The translations under genes were made by a program, and so were the position numbers. A model generated the notes under the pieces. That model worked only from the letters and a program-made list of their open reading frames with translations. It was not told where the DNA came from and did not search any database. From an uncultured bacterium (GTDB lineage Bacteria; Verrucomicrobiota; Verrucomicrobiia; Verrucomicrobiales; DEV007): a stretch of DNA of 64,000 nt. The DNA is taken from positions 64,001 to 128,000 of the forward strand of contig CAXBMO010000003.1 of assembly GCA_963977015.1 (NCBI GenBank), read 5' to 3'. Positions 49,594 to 59,147 of the stretch are shown here, piece by piece. The stretch's first letter is position 1. Every line of letters starts with the position of its first letter.

Positions 49594-50823
49594 GTGCAGC
49601 ATCGCCCTAAAAAATTCGTTCCCGAGCCTTTTGAATATCACGAGGAATTGGATCTTCGCGTCGAAACCCTCACGAATCTGGGACATGGGCTCGGTCGAGT
49701 GAACGACTGGGTAGTGATGGTTCCTTTCGCGCTGCCCAAGGAATTGGTGCGGGTTCGTGTTTACCGAAATCACAAAAACTACAGCGACGCGGACTTGATC
49801 GAAGTTCTGGAGCCAGCGGAAGATCGGGTAGAATCCCGTTGTTCGTTGTTTGGTGTCTGCGGAGGCTGCCAATACCAGAATTTTCGCTATGAGGCTCAAT
49901 TGAACTGGAAACGAAATCAGGTTCAGGAGCTCCTTCAGCACATGGTAGGGATTTGCGATATCACGGTCGCGGAGGTCATAGGTTCACCCCAACTTTACGG
50001 CTATCGCTCCAAAATTACGCCGCATTTTCAACGGCCGCGGTCCGGCAAGATCGGCCCAATCGGCTTTCTACACACCGCGAAGCGGTCTGAGATCATTGAC
50101 GTTCCCGAATGCCCCATCGCCTCTCCGTCGATCAATGAAAAGCTCGCCGAGGTACGTGCAGGTGTGCGGGAACGAGCCAAATCCTTTAAGAAGGGTGCAA
50201 CCCTGCTGTTGCGCGATTCCGCGACCGGCGAAGTGTTAACAGACGCCCAGGAGGTTTGTCAGGAGCAGGTTGGGGAGCTCCGGTTCCTGTTTCTGGCGGG
50301 TGACTTTTTCCAAAACAACCCGTCTATCTTGCCAAGCTTCGCCGATTACGTGAAGGAGCAGGCCAAGGCGTTCGGAACGCCCAAGCTGGTCGACACCTAC
50401 TGTGGAAGCGGCTTTTTCGGGCTCAGCTGCGCCTCGGAGTTTGAATCTGTCATTGGAATTGAGGTGAGCGAAGGATCGATTACCTGGGCGAAAGAAAATG
50501 CGCGAATCAACGGGATTGAGAACGCAACCTTTCTCAAAGGTTCTGCGGAATCGATTTTCGAACATCTTGACGGGGAGTCGGGCCCTGAAACGACGGTGGT
50601 GATCGATCCGCCCCGTAAGGGATGTAGCAGCGAATTCCTGGATCAACTCTTCCAGTTTTCGCCGAAAGGAGTCGTTTACATTTCCTGCAATCCTTCAACC
50701 CAAATGCGGGATTTGAAACGATTTCAGGAGGCGGGCTATGTGTTGACGACGGTTCAACCGTTTGACCTCTTTCCTCAAACGCGTCATCTCGAGTGCGTCA
50801 TCACCTTGGAGAAACACACCTAG
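49594..50823 (+). CDS. RNA (uracil-5)-methyltransferase, RlmD/TrmA family with TRAM domain
   Basis: TRAM domain, Fe-S motif CSLFGVCGGC...C, FFQNN, DPPRKG, YISCNP, DLFPQT.HLE. Start uncertain (49567 or 49594). Confidence 0.92.
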   Translation: MQHRPKKFVPEPFEYHEELDLRVETLTNLGHGLGRVNDWVVMVPFALPKELVRVRVYRNHKNYSDADLIEVLEPAEDRVESRCSLFGVCGGCQYQNFRYEAQLNWKRNQVQELLQHMVGICDITVAEVIGSPQLYGYRSKITPHFQRPRSGKIGPIGFLHTAKRSEIIDVPECPIASPSINEKLAEVRAGVRERAKSFKKGATLLLRDSATGEVLTDAQEVCQEQVGELRFLFLAGDFFQNNPSILPSFADYVKEQAKAFGTPKLVDTYCGSGFFGLSCASEFESVIGIEVSEGSITWAKENARINGIENATFLKGSAESIFEHLDGESGPETTVVIDPPRKGCSSEFLDQLFQFSPKGVVYISCNPSTQMRDLKRFQEAGYVLTTVQPFDLFPQTRHLECVITLEKHT

Positions 50824-53342
50824 TTTCCTGGGCGCGCCCGCCCCAGAACCACGCGAAACCCAACGCCGGCTTCCCTCGTGCCGGGATCGAGGGACCTTCG
50901 GTAGGAGGAAATCAGCTCAAGCTGCTCGGACGTTTCCCAACTTCCGCCTCGAATCGTTCCAATCTCCTCCTGGCCGCCGGTGTAGTTGTCGCTCACCCAT
51001 TCCCAGACGTTGCCTGACATGTGATAGAGTCCAAACCGATTTGGGCGCAACTCATTGACCCAGGCAATCTTGGGAAACGAATCGTTATACCCCTCGATCG
51101 TGCTTGGTCCGGGGCCGTTGAATTCAATCTCACCCACCAACGCATTAAACAGGTCGCGCAAACTTTCATCGGCAACGTTGGCCGATTCGGGGGGAGGTGG
51201 CCATTCGTAGCCCCAGGGAAAGATTCCGGTAATGAAGCCATTGCGGCTTTGTGGCGTGGTCCCGCGCTCCGGGGGGAGTCCCGCAGCCATGCTCCATTCG
51301 TCGTCGGTCGGTAAGCGGTAGGCCAATCGTGACGTCAAGCCGCCACTCTCCCGCTCCAAGTCCGTTAACCATTGGCAAAAAGCCTCAGCATCCTCTCGGG
51401 AGACGCCATGAATCGGATGGAGATCCTGCGCTCTCTGCGGGACTTGCAGATCGGATAGCGTTTCTTCGCAAAAGCGGCGAAAATCCATCACCCGCGTTTC
51501 GGTAGCCGAAATCAGGATGTCGCCAACCGGCAAAAGATCCATGCCCAGCAGATTCGCCCAAGGTTTGCCAAACTCGGCGGCTTCACCTGGGTCCAACTCG
51601 GCCTTGAGTTCCAATTGTCCATCACGCGGGACCTGACCTTCGAGGTAAAAGGGCTTGTGGCCCTCCATCCTCAGTTCGTAGCTCACCGGGCCGGTTTTCA
51701 GGCGCGGAAAACTCATCGGCGTCTTGCCCAATTCGGTACCGTCCCTTGCGAACACAGCCGCCCCGGGCGGAGTTGACGTGATCAAAAGGCTGCCGTAGCC
51801 CGTTCGCTGAACCACAACCACAAAGGGGGAAATCGAGATGTTCGTTCGTCCAAATTGAAGACGCTTTTGGGGCCAGTGAACCTCTTGATCGGCAGGGAGA
51901 GGGACCGGTTTGTAGACATAGTCACTCCCCACGAACCCCGCCTCCAAATCCATCGTTCGCAGCCAGTCGGTGAAGCCTCGTTGGTCCCGGGCCGAGGCGA
52001 TTGGGATCGGAAACGATTCGCCACTGTGATTTTGCATCACGATCTGGCTTTCGAACAATCGCCGTTGCGCGATCGCGGAATCCACAAACAAGTCTGCATG
52101 AACGGGGTAAGCCAAGCGATGTCCACTTCCAATGGGTTTAAATTCCAGGCCGAGACTGTTCGTCCAGGTCTGACCGGGTTGGGGAAATTTCGACTCCTCG
52201 AGCTCAATGTGGAGACTTGATCGCGGATCGGTGGAACCGCTGAACTCAATCGAATCCTTCCGATAACCGGTCAGAAGGAATTCAAAATTGACCCCGGATT
52301 CAGGTTTCTCCGGAAGGGAAAACGGGGTTGTTCCAACCTTTTCGACCCCGATAAAAACGTCCGCCCCTTCCGGGGTGCTCGTAATGTCGAAACCCACCGC
52401 GGGTTCAGGCGTGAGAACCAAAAGCCCCAAGGCCACGGTCACCAGGGCTCCAACAATCAGGCCAAAATACAGTTGCCCCCGTTTCTTCGCTTTCTCCGTC
52501 TTTTCTCCGCGGAGAGCCTGTGCCATTTCCCCGCCAGATTCGTACCGATCGCTGACTTTGCGTGCGCAGGCCTTACAGACCACAGTATTGATTCGACGCC
52601 AAAGGTTGGGATTGCTCCGTTCCCTGAAATCGGTGGGGACATCTGGGAAATCGAGCCGGTCCTTTCCGGTGCTCAACTCGTAAATGACCATTCCAAGGCT
52701 GAAAATATCTCCACTCGGTGTGCCTGCGCCCTCAGGAGGAACATACCCTTCTGTTCCGACAAAGCTGCGATCTCCCAAGGCTGCCACCAATCCAATATCG
52801 GCGAGCTTGGCTTGGCGTGCGACCAGGATGACGTTGGACAATTTTACGTCGCGGTGGATCAAATCCTTCTGGTGCAGGTAGTCCAATGCTTCAGCCAATT
52901 GGGCTCCCTGATCCGCGCAGGCCTGCAGGTCGATTTCTTCCCGCTCCATCATCTCCGTGCGAAACGTGTGAGGCGTGTAGACATCGGGATCAAATTCCTG
53001 GCCTTCCCTCACATCATCGGCAATTTCCATGATGTAGTAGTAGCTGTCCGCGCTGTCATCGCGGCCCACCTGAAGGATGTGAACGAGACCGGGATGCTGG
53101 CGAGAAATCGGCTCGTAGCGTTTGATGGCTTCGAATTCCCGCTCAAAATCTTTTTCCGAGTCGAAGTCGCCCCGCCAAATGACCTTCACGGCGCGGAAAA
53201 CTCCAGTTACGGTTCGCGCGAGCCACACTTCACCAAACGAGCCCTTCCCAATTTGACGAAGCACCTCGTGATCCGGAATTTCCGGCTTTTCACGGGGCGC
53301 GATTAACGATGATGAAGATTTTTGGACGCTCCGTTCGGGCAT
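50820..53342 (-). CDS. Ser/Thr protein kinase - TM - PEGA x2 - FGE-sulfatase domain protein
   Basis: IGKGSFGEV, AVK, HRDVKLSN, DIG, GTEGY; TM helix; PEGA repeats ITSTP.GA.V; FGE-like RLPTDDEW, FGLYHMSGNVWEW, RGGSW, GFRVV. Confidence 0.9.
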   Translation of the reverse strand: MPERSVQKSSSSLIAPREKPEIPDHEVLRQIGKGSFGEVWLARTVTGVFRAVKVIWRGDFDSEKDFEREFEAIKRYEPISRQHPGLVHILQVGRDDSADSYYYIMEIADDVREGQEFDPDVYTPHTFRTEMMEREEIDLQACADQGAQLAEALDYLHQKDLIHRDVKLSNVILVARQAKLADIGLVAALGDRSFVGTEGYVPPEGAGTPSGDIFSLGMVIYELSTGKDRLDFPDVPTDFRERSNPNLWRRINTVVCKACARKVSDRYESGGEMAQALRGEKTEKAKKRGQLYFGLIVGALVTVALGLLVLTPEPAVGFDITSTPEGADVFIGVEKVGTTPFSLPEKPESGVNFEFLLTGYRKDSIEFSGSTDPRSSLHIELEESKFPQPGQTWTNSLGLEFKPIGSGHRLAYPVHADLFVDSAIAQRRLFESQIVMQNHSGESFPIPIASARDQRGFTDWLRTMDLEAGFVGSDYVYKPVPLPADQEVHWPQKRLQFGRTNISISPFVVVVQRTGYGSLLITSTPPGAAVFARDGTELGKTPMSFPRLKTGPVSYELRMEGHKPFYLEGQVPRDGQLELKAELDPGEAAEFGKPWANLLGMDLLPVGDILISATETRVMDFRRFCEETLSDLQVPQRAQDLHPIHGVSREDAEAFCQWLTDLERESGGLTSRLAYRLPTDDEWSMAAGLPPERGTTPQSRNGFITGIFPWGYEWPPPPESANVADESLRDLFNALVGEIEFNGPGPSTIEGYNDSFPKIAWVNELRPNRFGLYHMSGNVWEWVSDNYTGGQEEIGTIRGGSWETSEQLELISSYRRSLDPGTREAGVGFRVVLGRARPGN

Positions 53343-53434
53343 GCGTATTGTTGGTGTCAGTTTGCAGGCATTTGCTCAAATTTTCCAGTGAATCCAGAGT
53401 TGCAGGTCACTGTCTAGAGAAGGAGCAGTGGAAA

Positions 53435-54829
53435 GTGAGTCATTTTTCTTCCTCATATCACTTGGTCTATGTGTTTGAGCGTTTTCCGACGTTCACGCAA
53501 ACCTTTTGCGTTCGCGAAATCCTGGAACTGGAGCGGCAAGGCATTCGGCCGCTCATTTTCAGTATTCGTGATACCCGGGACGAACCGGCGCAGAGCTACC
53601 CGGAGGAATTGCGGGATCGCGTCCACTATCTTCCGCCACGTGACGAACTGGTTGCAACGGTAAAACAACTGCGGTCTGACAAATTGCTCTCAAAGGCTGC
53701 CGATCGAACATTGCGCTACTGGCGGGATCAACCGGACAAGCTCCGGGTTTATGAGGCGGCCTACATCGCCCAGAAGATTCGTGAGATCGCCCCCAATCTG
53801 ACCCATGCTCATTGCCATTTTGGTGGCAAAGCCGCGCGAACGCTCTGGTGGTTGCGACATTTTCAACGCATGAGCTACAGCTTCACCGCTCATGCCAATG
53901 ACGTCTTTTGTGCGGAAACGAACACCGAGGTGACCATGGATCGGCTGATGCGTGATGCGTCGCGAGTGGTGACGGTGAGCGATTACACGGTGAGGCGCCT
54001 CTCCAACGAATACCCTTCGGTTCGCACCAAAATCCAGCGCGTCTACAACGGGCTCGAACTCGAAAAATGGGTCCAAGCCAGCCAGGGCGCACCGAAAGGG
54101 ATTGGAAGCCGGAGAATTTACTCGGTTGGTCGTCTCATTGAAAAGAAGGGCTTTGACGATCTCATTCTCGCGAGTGCGCGCCTCCGTGATCAAAAAGTGG
54201 ATCATACCTGCCACATCATCGGCGGAGGACCACTTGAGGATGATTTGCGCCGCCAAATCCAGGAAAACGGATTGGAAGACACGGTCTTTCTGGAAGGGGA
54301 GAAGGATCAGGCCGGCATCATTCACGCCTTGGCCAATGAAGCGCATCTCTTTGCGCTCCCCTGCGTAACCGAAGCGGATGGCGGAATGGATAACCTTCCC
54401 ACGGTGATCATGGAAGCAATGGCGGTGGGTTTACCGTGCGTCAGTACCCGGCTTGCGGGAGTGCCTGAGATGGTCCTGGAAAATCAGACGGGCCTTTTGG
54501 TTGAAGAACGTCGGCCCGAGGAGTTTGCGAGCCAGCTGAAAATCCTTTTGGAAGATGAGTCGCTTTGCGAAAAGTTTGGGCGGGAGGGGTTCCGGCTTGC
54601 CGCCAACCGTTTCGACAAAGCCGTTACCGCGGGAAATTTGAAGCGCAGCCTCATCAGTGGGGGGATGGTCCGGTTCGATCCGGAACTCGTTCATGAGAAC
54701 CCGGCCCTTGCCTTTGGATACGCCTGCCAACTGCCTTTAAGAGCGGGACGGCTTTTGGGATTGGGGAGAGGATTTTATCCAAAAACCCTCCTCATTGACG
54801 AACCTGAAAAAAGTCAAATTACCGCCTGA
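53435..54829 (+). CDS. glycosyltransferase family 4 (WcaL-like)
   Basis: FPTFTQTFC.REI, HCHFG, SFTAHAND, VGRLIEKKG, DNLPTVIMEAMA.G. Start uncertain. Confidence 0.9.
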   Translation: MSHFSSSYHLVYVFERFPTFTQTFCVREILELERQGIRPLIFSIRDTRDEPAQSYPEELRDRVHYLPPRDELVATVKQLRSDKLLSKAADRTLRYWRDQPDKLRVYEAAYIAQKIREIAPNLTHAHCHFGGKAARTLWWLRHFQRMSYSFTAHANDVFCAETNTEVTMDRLMRDASRVVTVSDYTVRRLSNEYPSVRTKIQRVYNGLELEKWVQASQGAPKGIGSRRIYSVGRLIEKKGFDDLILASARLRDQKVDHTCHIIGGGPLEDDLRRQIQENGLEDTVFLEGEKDQAGIIHALANEAHLFALPCVTEADGGMDNLPTVIMEAMAVGLPCVSTRLAGVPEMVLENQTGLLVEERRPEEFASQLKILLEDESLCEKFGREGFRLAANRFDKAVTAGNLKRSLISGGMVRFDPELVHENPALAFGYACQLPLRAGRLLGLGRGFYPKTLLIDEPEKSQITA

Positions 54830-54848
54830 AGACAAGCTTAATCTTGTG

Positions 54849-54877
54849 TTGACGATTCCGGTCCCATCTGCAATCTT
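54849..54877 (+). promoter_or_regulatory. possible promoter of tRNA-Ser
   Basis: TTGACG at 54849 with a weak -10 (CAATCT or AATCTT) 16-17 bp downstream. Confidence 0.3.
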
Positions 54878-54910
54878 CCCCTCCGGTTTCGACGGCGCTA
54901 TTTCTCTTTC

Positions 54911-55000
54911 GGTGAGGTGGCTGAGTGGTCGAAAGCGCTTCTTTGCTAAAGAAGTGAACTCGCAAGGGTTCCGTGGGTTCGAATCCCACCCTCACCGCCA
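54911..55000 (+). tRNA. tRNA-Ser(GCT)
   Basis: Acceptor stem GGTGAGG/CCTCACC, anticodon arm CTTCT-TTGCTAA-AGAAG, long variable arm, T-loop GTTCGAATC, discriminator G and encoded CCA. Confidence 0.97.
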
Positions 55001-55026
55001 TTTTTTCCCGACGTGCGCACTGCGAC

Positions 55027-55779
55027 TCAACCCAACGAATCCGCAATCTGTTTCGCGTAGCGACTTGCCTTTTCTGCGAAACTGAGGTCCGGCTCAGCGA
55101 AGGTGATTCCGCGTGAAACGTTCACCAGCAATGGTGCTTTGCGGTTCTCCCCTTTCAGGGCATCCAGATTACCGCCTTGCGCGCCGAGTCCGGGAATCAA
55201 CAACGGAGCATCGGGAATCCGGGAAAGAACTTCGTCCGCAGCGTTGGTGAGCCCAACAACGAGGCCGATTTGTTCCGATGCGAGGCTCATTTCGGCAGCA
55301 TACTCAAAGATGTAACGTCCGTCACTTTGCCGAAGTTCAATATCCTTCGCTCCGGGATTCGACGTGACCGCCAGGAGGTAGATTCCCTTGTCCTTGTAAT
55401 CCAGGAAGGGTTCGAGCGTTTCGGCACCCATGTAGGGATTCAGAGTCACCGCGTCGGCGCCCCATACTTCAAAACAGGCTTTCGCATAATATTTCTGGGT
55501 TTCGCCGATGTCGCCCCGTTTGGCATCAAGGATCACGGGGATCGTTTCCGGAATTCGCGCCAGTGTTTTCTCCAGCGCGAGAAGGCCGTCCAGTCCCATG
55601 GCTTCAAAATAGGCAATGTTGGGCTTGTAGGCCGCGGTAAACGCCGCGGTTTCGTCAATCACACGAGTTAAAAACTCCGCCACCGACCCTTTGATTTGAT
55701 CCGGACGTGGATCCAAGCCCACACACAAGTTTGATCCTGTGGTCTCGATTTGGTTGCTCAGCTTTTCGCGATACGTCAT
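55027..55779 (-). CDS. pyrF: orotidine-5'-phosphate decarboxylase
   Basis: LCVGLDP, YKPNIAYFE, DAKRGDIG, TSNPG, PGLGAQGG, NVSRGI. Confidence 0.96.
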   Translation of the reverse strand: MTYREKLSNQIETTGSNLCVGLDPRPDQIKGSVAEFLTRVIDETAAFTAAYKPNIAYFEAMGLDGLLALEKTLARIPETIPVILDAKRGDIGETQKYYAKACFEVWGADAVTLNPYMGAETLEPFLDYKDKGIYLLAVTSNPGAKDIELRQSDGRYIFEYAAEMSLASEQIGLVVGLTNAADEVLSRIPDAPLLIPGLGAQGGNLDALKGENRKAPLLVNVSRGITFAEPDLSFAEKASRYAKQIADSLG

Positions 55780-55868
55780 TCCGTTTCATCCATGAGGTAG
55801 GCTTGTTAGGCAACCGAGAACTTTGACGAGGGACCCGCTAAAGTGAGCTCAGCTTGCTGTTCTTTGAC

Positions 55869-58376
55869 TTAGAACTCGATTAACCGCGCCTCAGAGTAAG
55901 GATCGACAGACGCTTCGATTCCTTTGAGTTCATTCCAGATCCCAAGGTCAGGCTCCCCGATGCGCAGGTCGTAGCGGCCCGGAGCAAAAACCCAGGGGGT
56001 AATCTTGTTCCCGTTGATGCGTAGCGCATAGACCAGCTTTTTGGTAACCGCTTCGCGAACCTGGATCACCGGATTGTTCATTCCCCCGACTTCAAGCGGA
56101 GGAAGGTAACCTTCAGGTTCTCTTGGGTAGTTGTCGCGCTGTTTGATGGTCCTGGGCCAACCGGGATATTGTCGGGCTTCGGGATCAGACGGGTCAACTC
56201 GCCGCGGCCAGCATTCCATGGTGATGGTGCGCTCCGGTTTGCGAAATCGAACGATCCCGTAACCCGGCATCTTGTTGTGAAGTTCGCGCGGCTCGACTCC
56301 AAAATCTTCTCCGGGAATGGTCGCGGCATAGACCGTTACCGGATTGTGAAACCCGTCGATGTGATCTCCTTGCCAATGAGGGGCGTTGTCGGGGCGATTG
56401 AGACCAGAGCGGCGCGGGTTCCATGCCCGGGGGTAAAAGTTGGCAATGGATGGCACACAAAAACTCCAAATACTGTCCCGATGCTTGTCCACTCCGTGAT
56501 GCACAATCGAGGCGAGATGCTGGTCACCGGCCAGGTGAAAAGCGAAGGCTTTCCGGAGGTGGTCCAGGGCTTGGTTTCGCCCGGATTGGGGCCATCCATT
56601 GGAGTCGAGGTCGGCCACAAGATAGTCGAGATTCGCCCCATGATGCGTCGCCATGTTTGCGAAGATGGTTTGGGAAAGCGCCACCTTGAATTCGGATTGG
56701 CGCCAATCCTCGGCCCAGACTTCAAGAAAGTCGTGCTGACGATCCCCCAGTAGCTGCAAACCCGGAAGATCAAGCTGGCGAGTGTCGAAATTTGGGTTGT
56801 TGAAATGATCGGGGCGTCCGGTCCCGCTCGGCGGTAACCCGTGATTGGCGCATCCGGACTTGAACTTCCGGTCTTCGAGGATGGCGAAACTAACTCGCCC
56901 ATAGTTGAGTTCCGTGAAATAGACGGGGATTCCCTGCGCAACCGGCTCTGGATCGAACGGGTCGGGCAGATGGCTGGTCTGGGTGCGATGCACCATCTTG
57001 ACGAAATCAGCCGGATGGACATAGCCACCTTCGTTATCGACATGAATCGGACGGCCGCCTTCGCCCCAGATGTTCCCCTGATACACATCGTGATCGTCGG
57101 GAATCGTGACCGTTGGAATGTCCCGCATCAGATCGCGATACGCCCAACAGAAGAGATACCACTTGTAGAGGTAATCGAGATTAATTTGGTTCCGGTCAGG
57201 AAAAGTCGGACTTTTGCCTTCATAAACCTGGTCACCACTGAAAAACAGGAGGTCGGGATCGTGGTGGGTCACTTTTTCGACCACGTCTGTATGCGGAAAC
57301 CACATTCCCTCGATCCAATTGGTGGCTTCCTTCTTGGAGCCGATCTGGTGCGAGTTGTTGTGATTCCCCGTGAAGCCGGCAACGACGATCTCCGGTTTGT
57401 CGGCCGGGTCTTTGCGGATGATTCCGGACCAGACAGAGTCGCCGTAAACGACGCGATAGAGCGTATCCTGTTCCGCATCCCAGTCCTCCACCCGAAAGGT
57501 TGCGGTCCACCCTGGAACCAGGATTTCTGCCTCGGCGGTAGGATGCCAGGATTCCCCCATCTTGGTTTCGAGGAAGCATCTCTTAGGTTCGTCGTTTCCG
57601 ACCGGGAGCAATTGCGCCGTCATTTTCATCACCCTTCGACTGAGCGTATACTGGGTGCAGGCGATCGGGCCAAAGGCTGCCTTTGCATCGCTTTCGATCC
57701 CTGCTCCATCCAACTCAAGGTTATCGAACCATGCCTGATGCCCGTTGCCGGGTGTGGGATTGGAGACCAAAGCGAGATTGCCTTTCGCCGTAGGAATCTC
57801 GAATGTGCCCTTTGAGAGTTGATCGCCATCGGGAGAGGAGACGAGGGCTTTGATGATGAAGCCGTCAGTTCCGGGTTCTGCGGCAATTTCGAGAATCGCA
57901 TCATCAATGGAAGCCTGGCCGGTCGTGGCGCTATCTGGGTCGCGTTGGTTCAGGAATACCTGCCCGTTCCCATCGACGCCGATGAAGGAGCCAAATCCCG
58001 GACCGGGCCATTGATGAATGATCGCGGCGGCGCGGTAATCCATTTCGGCTCCGCCCGCTCCCAGGAGAATGCCGCGCGCTGATTTTGGACTCGGCTTGTC
58101 TCCAGGAATCCGAATCGCCCCCAGTCGGACGGAAACTCGGAAACCAGCCTCCCCATTGAGGCGATGCGTCAGCAAATGCACAGTCCGCATCGGAAGGTTC
58201 TTCTTGGCGACACATTCAACCCGCCCGTCTTTGATGTGCCAGTCCTGCAATCGGTTCGCCCAAAAGTCGGCTCCAATCCAGGTTCGGTCCGGTTCGGCAT
58301 CCCATTGGCTGCGGAAGACCTGAGCATCGGCACTCGCCATCATCAGGAGCGCGAAAAGAGGTAGGGTTTTCAGCAT
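55869..58376 (-). CDS. secreted alkaline phosphatase D (PhoD)-like metallophosphoesterase
   Basis: Signal peptide, GDQVY, PDDHDV, LEDRKFK, DSNGWP, GDQH. Confidence 0.82.
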   Translation of the reverse strand: MLKTLPLFALLMMASADAQVFRSQWDAEPDRTWIGADFWANRLQDWHIKDGRVECVAKKNLPMRTVHLLTHRLNGEAGFRVSVRLGAIRIPGDKPSPKSARGILLGAGGAEMDYRAAAIIHQWPGPGFGSFIGVDGNGQVFLNQRDPDSATTGQASIDDAILEIAAEPGTDGFIIKALVSSPDGDQLSKGTFEIPTAKGNLALVSNPTPGNGHQAWFDNLELDGAGIESDAKAAFGPIACTQYTLSRRVMKMTAQLLPVGNDEPKRCFLETKMGESWHPTAEAEILVPGWTATFRVEDWDAEQDTLYRVVYGDSVWSGIIRKDPADKPEIVVAGFTGNHNNSHQIGSKKEATNWIEGMWFPHTDVVEKVTHHDPDLLFFSGDQVYEGKSPTFPDRNQINLDYLYKWYLFCWAYRDLMRDIPTVTIPDDHDVYQGNIWGEGGRPIHVDNEGGYVHPADFVKMVHRTQTSHLPDPFDPEPVAQGIPVYFTELNYGRVSFAILEDRKFKSGCANHGLPPSGTGRPDHFNNPNFDTRQLDLPGLQLLGDRQHDFLEVWAEDWRQSEFKVALSQTIFANMATHHGANLDYLVADLDSNGWPQSGRNQALDHLRKAFAFHLAGDQHLASIVHHGVDKHRDSIWSFCVPSIANFYPRAWNPRRSGLNRPDNAPHWQGDHIDGFHNPVTVYAATIPGEDFGVEPRELHNKMPGYGIVRFRKPERTITMECWPRRVDPSDPEARQYPGWPRTIKQRDNYPREPEGYLPPLEVGGMNNPVIQVREAVTKKLVYALRINGNKITPWVFAPGRYDLRIGEPDLGIWNELKGIEASVDPYSEARLIEF

Positions 58377-58442
58377 GCGACAAATGAGCCTACTCTCCGG
58401 GAAAATACAAGACAAGAGCGGGGTATCGATCTGGTGGGGTAG

Positions 58443-58949
58443 CTATGAATTCTCCGCTTTCCCTTTTTCTGCCTCACGAAGGGCCAAAAAGACCGGAGCA
58501 GGAACATAACGGCGGACTTGTTCCTCCCAACCGGTTGGTCCAACCAAACCCTTGACCATGCTGGAACTTACTTCTGCCATTTCCCGGGACGGCATTAAAA
58601 ACACGGTCGTGATTTCCGGACGGATGTCCTCATTGATTTGACGCATCACTCTCTCAAACTCGTAGTCACCCGGGGAGCGGATCCCGCGAATGATGTAGTG
58701 CGCGCCGATTTCGGAAGCGTAGTCGACCAGGTAACGATTGTCGAAGTGCGCGATGGAGATGGCATCGTCATCAGGCAAGACCGCACGCAAAAGCTCGAGG
58801 CGCGTTTGGAGGGGGAAGCTGTATTGCTTTTCCGGGTTCGTTCCAATCGCGACTGTCAGATGGTCGAAAAGTTTGGATGCCTCGTTAACGATCCAGAGAT
58901 GCCCATTGGTAATGGGATCAAAACTCCCGGCATAAACTGCGTGTTTCAC
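58443..58949 (-). CDS. coaD: pantetheine-phosphate adenylyltransferase
   Basis: AVYAGSFDPITNGH, IIRGIR...DYEFE, VSSSMVK. Confidence 0.97.
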   Translation of the reverse strand: MKHAVYAGSFDPITNGHLWIVNEASKLFDHLTVAIGTNPEKQYSFPLQTRLELLRAVLPDDDAISIAHFDNRYLVDYASEIGAHYIIRGIRSPGDYEFERVMRQINEDIRPEITTVFLMPSREMAEVSSSMVKGLVGPTGWEEQVRRYVPAPVFLALREAEKGKAENS

Positions 58950-59147
58950 TCTTTCAGGCTAGCATCCTCCCGATCGAGTCGCCAACGACAAACCATCTTT
59001 GAATGGTGTTTTCACGGTCGCCAAGTTCAAAGCTGGTGACGGCGTTACAAACTGGTTGCCCATCGCCGACCATCATCCCATCCTACTTCCAAGTCCAATC
59101 TACGACCGAATTCACCGTCTGAATCAAAAAAGGAAGAACAAATCGCA

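Noticed and set aside
54911-55026. tRNA-Ser as an integration site for a genomic island
   Set aside because: pyrF converges 26 bp after the CCA, there is no integrase, and I saw no duplicate of the tRNA 3' end in the window.
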